From the NCBI GenBank assembly GCA_013265495.1, contig MU057887.1:1499985-1563984 (forward strand): a stretch of DNA of 64,000 nucleotides. Direction: 5' to 3'. The position numbers were made by a program, and so were the translations under genes. Each line of letters starts with the position of its first letter. The first letter of the stretch is position 1. The notes under the pieces were generated by a model. The model had not been told where the DNA came from. It worked only from the letters and a program-made list of their open reading frames with translations, and did not search any database. Of the stretch, positions 48,811 through 58,947 are shown piece after piece. Source of the DNA: Vicugna vicugna. Taxonomy: Eukaryota.

Positions 48811-49499
48811 GGGGCAGGGGGGCAGCTCGGTTTTCCTGGTAGGGTCCCCATGCACCGTGGGCGGCTGGACTGGGACAGGCTGACACCACTGGCCCCTTGG
48901 GGTGGCCCAGGGCCCCTGTGGCCACTAGCACTGAAGGGCAGTAGGGGTTTCAGCAACAAGGCTGAGGAGTGAGGTGGGTGTCCAGGGAGGGCGTGTGGAT
49001 GGCGAGAAGCTGGGAGGCTGGTGGCTGGTGGCTGGTGGCCGGCAGGGAGGGGCATGCAGGGGCCAGTGCTCGGGGCAGCAGGGAGTGGCGGCGGGGGTGC
49101 CCAGAGATGGGGCAGAAGCAGCACCTTCAGTTTGGGGTCCAGGTCCTGGCCCCACCCAGAGGTGCCTTCCCTGGGGGCCGTGGGCATCTCTGGGACCAGG
49201 TGCTGCACTTGGCCCCCCGCCGAGGTCTGAGGCTGAGGGGCCCTGCTCAGAGGTGGCCTTAGTGGCACGTGTGGCTCAGCTGTCCAGTCACTGACACTGG
49301 ACACAGAAGGATGCAGGAACCCACCTGGCTACTGCAACCACTGGGCTTGCACACAGACACCCGAGGACACCCAGCTTCCTGCACCCTGAACCCCCGAGAG
49401 GCAGAGGACTGCCTGGGTCCCAGGGAGTGGCCAGAGCTGGATGGAAACCAGGTCCGGTGGGCCAGCTCCACTCTCAGAGCTGTGGCCTCGCACACCACA

Positions 49500-49548
49500 C
49501 CTGTCCATCTGTCCACCTATCCTTTCATCCATCCATCCATCCACCACC
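49500..49548. repeat. Degenerate (CCAT)n simple repeat
   Basis: CTGTCCATCTGTCCACCTATCCTTTCATCCATCCATCCATCCACC. Confidence 0.8.
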
Positions 49549-50129
49549 AGGGCTGTTCCAGGGGCTGGGACGCAGCAGCGATGAACAACCCCTGGGGCCT
49601 GGCACACACCCAGCATCCCGGGAGGCTGCCCCTGCCTGGTGAATCCTGACAACACAGGAACGTACTGTTTACAGCAGCGCCGGTGAGTGGATCTGATGAA
49701 CGTAGGGTAAATAGAGAAGGTCCCACATTGACCACAGAAGGTGTTCGTGGTGAACCAAGGGTTGTGGTTAATACCGTTCACCCCACGGTAACCAGCAGGC
49801 AGAGCCGACTCCACAGTTGTTGGCTGTAGCAGGGACTGGAGCGAGGGGGTGGCTACCAAGGTGTAGACCCTGGAGACCACAGGAGGCACGGGGCGCAGCC
49901 ACTGCCCGTGGGCCAGGGCTACGCATGGGCGGAAGGATCCAAGACCCTGTCATGTGCAGGAGAGCCTCCCAGCTGGCTGCGACCTGTCCCCAGAAGCCCA
50001 GCTCCTCCCTCCTCTGGGGCCCATGGCCCTCACTGTCCCAGGCTGGCCTCACACCAACAACAAAACCATAGAGAAGAGCCTCAGAGATTCATGATCACAG
50101 AAGCCCCAAATCTACAAACCATTTAAGAG

Positions 50130-50400
50130 GCACATGTTCTGGACACAATCTGACAAATAAAAAACAACTGCATTTCTGTGCAAAAACACATTTTAAAGGC
50201 CAACAGATTGCAAACAGGAAGTTTTTAAGAACAAATCTAAACAGAGTTAGACTGACGGGAAGATTGTCGACCTCTACTGAAGACACACAGCTTCGTACAA
50301 ATGGAAACACACGCGATGTTCACAGACATAGGAAACTCAGTTTTACGATAACAAGGTCTTCTCAGAGCACACAGAATGACAGTTACAGGAAATGACACGC
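50130..50400 (+). mobile_element. Old L1M ORF2 fragment
   Basis: A-rich; CAAATGGAAACACACGCGATGTTCACAGACATAGGAAACTCA resembles the L1 ORF2 KWKxIPCSWIGR region. Confidence 0.45.
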
Positions 50401-50469
50401 AGTACAATGCCTTTAAATAAAGGGCAAAACCTGCAAAACTGAATACATCATCTGAGAATAAACATATAG

Positions 50470-51450
50470 GGCAGGGAAAAACCTTTCTCCTACCCTCTTA
50501 GATTCAGGAACTGAGGCCTGTGAATCAAACTGACAAAAGGCAAACTAGAAGAAAAGGCATACAATTTTTTAAATAACTAATGTGTAAATTTATTTTTCTG
50601 TGCCTGGAGGCTTTTTAGAGAAACAGTGGAGACCCAAAGAGGTGGTTAGGCCCAGAGCCTTAGGTACCATTTTAATAAAGGGCCATACCCAGGCATATAT
50701 CTGGAGGGAACTCTAATTGGAAAAGACACACACACCCCAATGTTTATAGCAGCACTACTTAACAACAGCCAAAGCATGGAAGCAACCTAAATGTCCATCA
50801 ACATATGACTGGAGAAAGAAGTTGTGGTTATATGTAGAATGGAATACTACTCAGCCATGAAAAAGAATAAAATTTGCAGCAACATGGATGGACCTGGGGA
50901 CTGTCATACTAAGTGAAGTAAGCCAGAAAGGAAAAGAAAAATACCATATGCTATCACTCATATATGGAATAAAAATAAAAAGCACAAATGAACTCATTCA
51001 CAAAATAGAAACAGGCTCACAGACAGAGAAAACAAACTCATGGTTACCGGGGGGAAAAAGGGTGGGAAGGGATAAATTGGGAGTTCAAGATTTGCAGATA
51101 CTAACTACTATATACAAAATAGATAAACAACAAGTTTCAACTGTGCAGCACAGGGAACTATATTCAATACCTTGCAGTAACCTATGATGAAAAAGAACAC
51201 GAAAAGGAATACATGTGTGTATGTGTATGACTGAAACATCATACTGTACACCAGCAATTGACGCAACACTGTAAACTGAATGTACTTCAATTCAAAAAAC
51301 AAAACCCACCAACAACAAAAAGTGAAGGGCCGTAAATTCATCAGGAAGTGACAAGACAAAGGAAAGGCAGCTTGGACTTCTGGGGTAAAAGTAACCGCTG
51401 GGGAACTGCGAGTGGGGGAGGCTAAGGGCACAGGAGCGCGGACCCGCCTC
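50470..51450. mobile_element. LTR-like (ERV1/MER-class) fragment interrupted by the L1 above
   Basis: Sequence on both sides of the L1 (GAGACCCAAAGAGGTGGTTAGGCCCAGAG...TACCATTTT and AGTGACAAGACAAAGGAAAGG) resembles contiguous LTR sequence as I remember it. Family not assigned; boundaries approximate. Confidence 0.45.
50686..51320 (+). mobile_element. 5'-truncated LINE-1 (ORF2 end, 3' UTR and A-rich tail)
   Basis: Typical L1 3' sequence (CCCCAATGTTTATAGCAGCAC...GGAAGCAACCTAAATGTCCATCAAC...GGAATACTACTCAGCCATGAAAAAGAA; ORF MDLGTVILSEVSQKGKEKYHMLSLIYGI); A-rich tail; degenerate 12-bp TSD. Confidence 0.9.
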
Positions 51451-51859
51451 AGTGCGGATGGTCTCCAGTGCTGAAGGGGTTCCGGAGAGCGGGGGCACCC
51501 CTCCCCCGGGGAAGGGCTGTCCTTTCGCGCAGACGGGGGAGGGCAGAGGGCTCTAAGCAGTCCTTGTGCCCAAGGGGCATATGTGGTGCCACGGTCTGGC
51601 CGTCTCGCACAAAACAGTGAGGGAGTGATACACTCAGCTTTCAAAATGGTCACCTTCCGGGAGGAGGCCGGGGAGGCTCGGTCCGCGCGGGACCGCGGGG
51701 AGCTCTGGGCTGAAGTCCGGTTTCCTGGCGCTGGGCCGGGGGTTGGGGCAGGGACACCATCATTCCCGTGTCTCTTGTTCTTTAACTTGTACGTGTTTTC
51801 ACAGAAAACACTCTGCTTTGAAAATAACAGGAACTTGTAAGAGGGGAAAAAAGCCAAAT

Positions 51860-53919
51860 TCTGCCCAAAGTAACTTTATTTCTCTTCTCGAACACATCAG
51901 AGTGAATATGCCATTTTCTAACCTTGCATCCAGCAAGATTAGAAGGGAAATTAAGACACCCCCCAACCCACACCGCCCAGGGACAGGAGACGGCGGGAGG
52001 GACAGTCAGACGCCCACCGACGCCCCCACCTCGGAATCCGGGTGACCAGGAAGAGGGCCTGGGCGTGGCTGCTGCCCCTTTTGCACCGAGCCACGAAGGA
52101 AGTTAGAACCTAGACTGGTGCCTCTCCGTGATCCTGAGAGCTCACTTTCCAGCCATCGGTTCTGATTTTTCTCTTAAAAAATCAGACTGCAGGCGATGTA
52201 GTCGCTTGGCCAGAGTCCTGGCGTGCAGGGAGGTCTGAAAGGTCTACGGTCCTGTGATGTGTCCTCCGCAACTCTGGGGGATGAGGGGGAAGGGCCCCAA
52301 CAGTCACACGACCCCCAGGAACAGTTCCAAGGTTCACAATGTCCAAGGTCAGCACGTGGTCAGTGATTCTTGCCAAAGCCACCCGGGAGCCACGTGGTGC
52401 GACTTGGTTTCTTGCAGAACGTAAAGTCCTGACCCTCCAGCCTGCATGGCTTTTCTAGAATTGGCAGTGGATTCCAGGGCGGGCCAGTGACCGGCAACAT
52501 TCACCAGGATGAGAAAGATGGAGACTCCCGGGGGGTCCCTCGCGCCCCCGTGCGGAGCAGCGGGCCCGGAGCGTCTCTTTACTCCCCACCCCCACCATCG
52601 TCGGCCCCTCTGACTTTCGTGATCACTCAACATGCTCTATCAAAACCGCTGTTGAAGCTGCCCTCGCATCCGGCCTGGGCGGGACTGAGGGAAGACGTGG
52701 GGACTCTCACGTGAACTGCAAAGCAGAAATCATTCCCAGCGATTCTGAGAACGCACGGCGTGCGCGGGCGGCCCGCACCGCCGCCTGGCCCCGCCTGTCG
52801 CCTGGCCCCGCGCCACCGCCGGTCTCCGCCGCAGCCTCTCACGAAGCTTCCAGTGAAGGGCTTCAGGAGTTCACCCTTCCACGCACACGGGGAGCACAGA
52901 CCAAACGAGGCCCGGCGGGAGCGCCCCGCCCCCGAGCGGGAAACAAATCGAAACATCGACAGTCAGGACCCCGCAGGCAGCCTTCCGGCTTAAAGGACAA
53001 AACTTGCAATAAATACAGAGAAGTAAGTGTGAAGATGAGAAAAGAACAAACCTGGCCCACGGACACAGCCTCGGGGCTGCACCGAAGTCAGCCCGGAGGG
53101 TGGGGCCCTCGCCCCAGGGGTGGGCCCTCGGCGTGAAGCTCACCCACCGCGCAGCTGCCCTCTGCCGTCCACCCTGCGCCTCCAGGGAGCACAGGTTTTC
53201 TATATTTAAAGCAGTAAGACACGTGCGAGGGCTTTACAAGCTGCCAGTCCCAGAGCTCCTGCCTTGGTCCTGCTCCCAGCTGGACTGTCTCAGAAACAGC
53301 CCTAGGATGAAAGCCAGAACCGAGGGCGTAAAGACACAGCGCCGTCACTGTCAGCGCCCTCCTCGCGCTAAATCGGGCTGCTCTGCAAGTGTGACCTGAA
53401 GCAGGACTGTTGCAGGGACAGGGAGGGCCCGGTAACGACGCCTGGCCACGAGCCAGGACGCAGGCAAAGACCACCAACTGCTCTCCAGGCCTGGCTCACG
53501 GCTACCAGAACGAGCCGGCGAATCCCACCTGCGGCCCTGCAGACGCCGCAACCCCGATGCAAAGCACTCACGTTGCACCGTCCCTAAGATCACAGCAACG
53601 GAGCCACTGACGGGCCGTGGTCAAATCTGCACTGGCGGCACGGCTGCAATCGCGAAGCTGGCGCCCCACACCCGCCAGTGCTGCCTGCTGACAATACGTT
53701 ACAGGAGACGCAACCCTGGGATTCACACAGAACTGAAAATGCCAAACGCGGCCCCAAAACTGGTGACAGAAGGTATTTTTTCTAAAATCAAGATTTAACT
53801 ATCAAAAATAAATTTCTAAATTTAAAGGTATATCAGCATAATTGGTCTGCAGTAACCTTCTTAAATAAGCGTCACGCTTCCCAAGCACAGCAGGAAGGCG
53901 GGCGTTGCGAGGCGGTGTC
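51860..53919 (-). other. CERK: CERK 3' UTR (about 2 kb; end approximate)
   Basis: Runs from the stop codon to the minus-strand AATAAA. Confidence 0.65.
51875..51880 (-). terminator. CERK: Probable CERK polyadenylation signal (TTTATT on +)
   Basis: First canonical AATAAA I found downstream of the CERK stop; lies in an AT-richer patch. Confidence 0.65.
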
Positions 53920-53977
53920 TCAGCTGCCTGGTTCCTCGATTCCTCGTGCAAAGAGCCGGACCAGCTGGCAGTGGACC
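53920..53977 (-). CDS. CERK: Ceramide kinase last coding exon (RVHCQLVRLFARGIEEPGS*)
   Basis: CTGCAG acceptor; TGA at 53922-53920; phase is consistent with the preceding exon. Confidence 0.94.
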
Positions 53978-55650
53978 CTGCAGAGACAAAGGGCCGCCCT
54001 CACACCCCGCGCGTCCCCCGGCCCTCGGCCCCACAGCCGGCCCAGGGCGGAGGTGGGCCTCGTTCACCACGGACAGTGGGTCTCACCGCGGCCGTCGGGT
54101 CCCACCCGGCAGTGACAGGTCAGGGGCGCAGAGTGATTCAGCTACGCGCCTGAGAGGCCCATCTTCAAAGGGCAGCTGGTGGCCAAGTGGAAACCCAGAG
54201 ATCCAGAGACCCGGTTCTAATTCCAGCACCACACTTGCCAGCGAGTGGCAAAGCCACAGGCCTCCACTGCCCCGACCTCATCAGCACCGACCGCACAGGC
54301 CCCGGGGAGGGTCCCACAAAGGGCAGCCCCACGCATGCAGGAGACGCAGGAAACTTTCAGTCATGGAAGACAAGCAGCCCCATGCCGGCCAGAGAGGAGG
54401 GCTGGGCTGAGGTCCCCAGGGACCCCCCTGCCTGCCACACCAGCTCCAGGACGTGACGAGTGAGGGGCTTGGAGGTCAGCGTCGGCTCTTGGGTGCCCTG
54501 CTGGCAGGGCGACCTTCCCACTTCATTAATGATGTCACAGCCTCCTTGGATCTTTAGCAACAAAAACCCCGTAACTGACTCACTCTTCAAGGCACCGTAG
54601 TATTTATCAAGTTAAGATATTTTTCACAAAAGAATGCCTTGCCTAATTTTAAAAAACTCATAAGCCAGTAGGAAAAGTAATTCCATTTCCTTAACTCATA
54701 AAATGAGTCTACAGAAGCCGAATCCCTGCATGTACGACTGGTGTGGTGGGGTTTCCTGCCACCTCACAGCCCCTGGTCCCCAGACATGAGCTGGGCAGCC
54801 ACTGCCACACTGACCACATCCTGGTCACAAGAACAGGGAGCAGGGGGCGTGGGACTCAGGCCCCTGATGGCTTCGTTTGGACGCTAATGGTAAGAAGACA
54901 AAGCTGGGACCAGCAGCTGGTCAGCTGAGAAGCCAGAAAGTGGGGACTTATCAACAGGGACACAAGTCATCTTCCACACTGTAACTGGACACGTGGAAGG
55001 GGACACCCACCACATCACTCATCCTTCCACGTGGCAGGCGGGCGGGCCTCCAGCTGCCCCTCACCTTCCTCATGTGATGCCCGCTCTGCTGTCATCAGGG
55101 AGTGTCCAGCTTGGTCTCCTTCAAGTGGACCAAGATCCTGAAGACATCTGTACCGGGGCAGGATCCTTCTGCAACTTTACCATTCTCCCTAATCTCATCT
55201 AATTTTTACACACACACCTCAACCAATAGCCTATTGCAAAAAAACAGCTTCCTTCACTGTATCTGTCCACGGGGAAGAAACTTGCTTTGCACTCGTATGG
55301 TTGTGTGATACGTGTAGTCAGACTACAGATTTCCAAGTCCAAGTGCAATGGGCCCAGCAGGCCCAGGACCAGCGCGTGAGCCTGGTGCCAGGCCCTCAGC
55401 AGGGCTGCAGCCAGGCTCCAGAACCGCCTCCTGGGGTCCAGTGAACCCAGGACTCGGAAGTGCCCACGAAGGCGGCTTGTCTGCTTAATTAGGAGATGGG
55501 AGAAAGAACGCCAGCGCTGGGGTGCAGGGCATGGAAGAGAAAAACAAAGTAGGGGACTTCTGAACCGGCAAAACCCCCAGTATCTTCCTGAGGCCCCCAC
55601 GCCACGCGGCGCCGGGGACGGCGCGGCGGCGGCCTCCGAGCCCCGCTCAC

Positions 55651-55859
55651 CTGACGTCCACGGCGGGGCTGCGCAGGACCTCGCCGTCGCAGTTCCAGGA
55701 GCTGCTGGGCGCGGCGCAGCAGCAGGGCGGCTGGTCGCTGCAGATCTGCCCGAACCGCTTCTTCCCGCGGCCCCGGACGCTGCCGTCCTCGTCCTCCGCA
55801 GCCTGGGACACAAACTGGAACCTCTTGACGCGGTAAACTTCAACGAAAGTGAAGTCGAA
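55651..55859 (-). CDS. CERK: Ceramide kinase exon (FDFTFVEVYRVKRFQFVSQAAEDEDGSVRGRGKKRFGQICSDQPPCCCAAPSSSWNCDGEVLRSPAVDV; probably exon 12)
   Basis: TTGGTAG acceptor, CAG|GTGAGC donor, 209 nt; contains the WNCDGE motif. Confidence 0.95.
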
Positions 55860-56023
55860 CTACCAAGAGACGGCGAGACGGACCGTGTTCCTGGAGGCCG
55901 GGGCCAGGACCGCCTCCGAGCTGCCGTCCCACAGCTGGAGACGAGGAGTCCCCCAGGCCCGCGTCCCAGACTCTTAAAACCCGGCTCACCCGCAGGGACA
56001 GTGGCTTCTTAAAGAATTCTGTG

Positions 56024-56174
56024 GGGGGAGGTGTGCAGCTCAAGTGGGAGAGCACGTGTCTGATCAGCACACACAAGGGCCTCGGTCAATCCCCAGTACC
56101 TCCTCCAAAAATAAACAAACAAGGAAACCTAGCTACCTCCTCCCCTAAAAAGACTAAAAATAGAAAAAAAAAAG
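56024..56174 (+). mobile_element. tRNA-derived SINE (Vic-1-like) with perfect 11-bp TSD
   Basis: Same body as the 32454 copy; AGAATTCTGTG at both 56013-56023 and 56175-56185; TT/AAAG target site. Confidence 0.88.
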
Positions 56175-56263
56175 AGAATTCTGTGCTTCCCGAGCACTGA
56201 CTCGTACCATTGTTTATCTCCTGAACCACCTCTACTTAAAAAGCCACATAAAAACTCCACCGC

Positions 56264-56345
56264 GGGGAGGGTGCAGCTCAGCGCAGAGCACGCTTAGCAC
56301 GCAGAGGTCCTGGGTTCAACCCCCAGGGCCTCCGTCAAAAAACAG
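56264..56345 (+). mobile_element. Short tRNA-derived SINE copy
   Basis: GGGGAGGGTGCAGCTCAG...GAGGTCCTGGGTTCAACCCCCAG followed by an A-rich tail. Confidence 0.8.
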
Positions 56346-56856
56346 CAAAAACCATTATCAGACTAGATCTTACAAGCAATTCAAGTAAATAAGCCCACAA
56401 GTCTTGCTGAGACCAGAGGCTGACCAGCAGCTGCACTTGTCCGGGCACCGTCAGACCCGGGCCTCCCCTGGGTCACCACAAGGGTGCCGGGGACTAAGGA
56501 AAGGTTTGCTGGAAGGGTCTCCACAGAGCTCCTTTCTGGGAGCCAAGATTTCGTTGTAAGTGACCCGCCAGGGCAACACAAAATTTCACCGCATCGCTTT
56601 GCTCTGTTAATAGCAGGAGAAAGGACAGGAAGACGTGTCAACATTCCCACCTCCTAGTTCCTGCGCTCAAGGACTTCACCTTCTTAAATGAGACTTTATA
56701 AGAAGTAGCTACGAAGGAGCGTTCAAAACGGGTGAAATGCAAACAAAAATCTCTCGCCCCGCCCCCTGACCTCACAGTGGCTCCTATGACAGACGGGGTC
56801 ACCCAGGCGGAAGCCGCCCGCCAGCCCGGCCCGCGTTGGGGAAACGCAGCCCTCAC

Positions 56857-57062
56857 CTGGTCGCCCTGGTTGGTGTGCCTGACCAGGAACCTCAGGAAGT
56901 TGAACCTGGAGCATTTCCGGATGAGGATGAGGTCAGAAGAGCCGTCCCCCAGGTGGGCGGACGGGGAGAGGCCCCTCGGGCACCGGGGACAGGCGCAGGA
57001 CATGTTGGTGGCGTTGATGGCCAGGAACTGCCCGCAGACGACCTTCCACTCCTCCACCTCCT
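56857..57062 (-). CDS. CERK: Ceramide kinase exon (EEVEEWKVVCGQFLAINATNMSCACPRCPRGLSPSAHLGDGSSDLILIRKCSRFNFLRFLVRHTNQGDQ; probably exon 11)
   Basis: CTTCAG acceptor, CAG|GTGAGG donor, 206 nt; includes the calmodulin-binding region (LIRKCSRFNFLRFL). Confidence 0.96.
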
Positions 57063-57272
57063 CTGAAGCAGAAAGAATTTCAGACACTGCATGGATCCTG
57101 AGCTGGCGGGTGGGGGTCCTGAGCTGACAGGGGCGGGATCACTGCCATGAACGCTCCCCGCAATCAGCCATCAACACAGAGAAAACTGTGCGGCTGCTGG
57201 GCCCTGAGGTCGCTCCCGAAAGTCAGAGCTGTTTCTTGGGTCCTCATCTGGGACTTCTGGACAATGATTCAG

Positions 57273-57530
57273 AGCAGGGCTCACCAAATCTGGCCCACCA
57301 CCTGGTTTTGTGAGGCCTGTGAGCTGAGAACGATTTGCACATTTTTAAATGGTGGTGGAAAAAAGATCAAAAGAAGAAGAGCATTTTGTGATATATGAAA
57401 AATGACACAAAATACAAATTTCAGCGTCCGTAAGGAGTTGCTGGAGCAGCACTGAGCCCACTCCCTTCCAAGCGGCTAGCGAAGCCTGAAGACTTTACTC
57501 GAGCCCGGAGCAGAACCACTCGCTGACCCC
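57273..57530. mobile_element. MER58-like hAT-Charlie fragment
   Basis: CAAATCTGGCCCACCACCTGGTTTTGTGAGGCCTGTGAGCTGAGAA...ATTTTTAAATGGT...AAAAGATCAAAAGAAGAA. Confidence 0.7.
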
Positions 57531-57740
57531 GTTCCAGAACATTCTAGAGACTGGCACCACAATGGTATTTCAGAGGAACCTGGCAGGATGGGCGTGACCA
57601 CAATATCCGGCAAAGGCCACCGCATGCCCTGCCTGGAGCTAAAGCGGGAGCAGGTACAGAGCCGTGGGGCGGACGGGGCAGGTGGGGGAACCCAGGCTGG
57701 ATTGGGGTCCCGGCCAGGCCGCAGGCGGCCCGGGCCTTAC

Positions 57741-57817
57741 CGCCGCTCTCCAAGCCGTACAGCGACCGCTTCTGCTCCTCCTCCAGCTGCTGCCTGCTCT
57801 GCCTGCAAACGAAGCAC
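57741..57817 (-). CDS. CERK: Ceramide kinase exon (GCFVCRQSRQQLEEEQKRSLYGLESG; probably exon 10)
   Basis: CCCCAG acceptor, GCG|GTAAGG donor, 77 nt; completes the CERK CxxxCxxC motif (CRAGCFVC). Confidence 0.95.
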
Positions 57818-58359
57818 CTGGGGGACGAGAGCCCTGCCTTCAACGCGGACGCACGCCTGAGTGTTCCAGTTCTCTTCACGCGACAGAAAGTTCAAAAAGC
57901 TTTCCTTAAAAATACTTTGCTCGCATGTTGGGTTTCTAAAATTAGATCCACTTTAAAAAACTGCAGACATCAGGCCTTCCTCTGACATTTATAAACACTG
58001 CAAAGAGCAGAACATCTGTACGTCCATCTAGTCACAGTCCACAATGCCAAGTCCGCAGAGATGTGCGGAGGGGCTCCCACTGGCTGGCCCGCTCCCCTCA
58101 CTCAGCCCCCAGGGGCTCAGGGTCTGGACTGGCCCCTCCTGACCGCAGGGTGGGCCCCCCAGCTGGTGGGGGCACAGGAGGCCCGTGTAGTCAGTCCCAT
58201 GGCCGCCCGTAGCAGGACCCCGACCTCTGGACACGCTGAACCAGCACCCCCCCCCCAGTCTACACTGCAAGGACTGTGCACCCACTTCACAGCAGGAGCC
58301 CGAAGCCGGGTGGGCTCATATCGCATCATCTGACAAAAACACACAAGGGAGGTGCTTAC

Positions 58360-58465
58360 CCTGCCCGGCAGGGCTTCCCGTCCCGCGGAGAGCCCACTGT
58401 GTGCTGCGCCGGGAGGAAAGACACCGTCCCTTCGTAGCAGTGATGGGAGAGGAAGGTCTTCAAAC
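58360..58465 (-). CDS. CERK: Ceramide kinase exon (GLKTFLSHHCYEGTVSFLPAQHTVGSPRDGKPCRA; probably exon 9)
   Basis: TTCTTAG acceptor, AGG|GTAAGC donor, 106 nt. Confidence 0.95.
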
Positions 58466-58947
58466 CTAAGAACAGAGCGAGATGGAGAAACACATCCACA
58501 CACGTCACTTCTCAGGGAGGAGGCCTCACCGTCGGCTGCTGCAGGGCAGGGGGCATGGGTGACCCGAGACACCTGGTGACAGGGCGTCCGCAGGAGGCAG
58601 GGCCCGCCCGCTTGTCTCAGCTGCTGCCACCACCCCGGGGACTGCAGGCTCCCGGCCACCACGCTGCCTTCCACGCCGGCAAAGGGGACATCTCTGCCAC
58701 CAGTGACCCCTTGTGGCCTCGACAACGTGGCACCACTGAGACTCCTGGCTTTCCTAAGTTCTTCATCATTCCGTTCCCAAGATTCAGGTTTTAATAAATA
58801 TGTAGCTTTGCACTTCTTATGATTTAATTTTAAAACCATGCTAGTTTTATTAAGTGGACATTTTTAATGGATAAAGTTCACCAAGGTACCATTGCTTTCT
58901 CTCCCAAAGGGTTTAGATTTTAATGTTCGGAATTACTCAACTTAACA

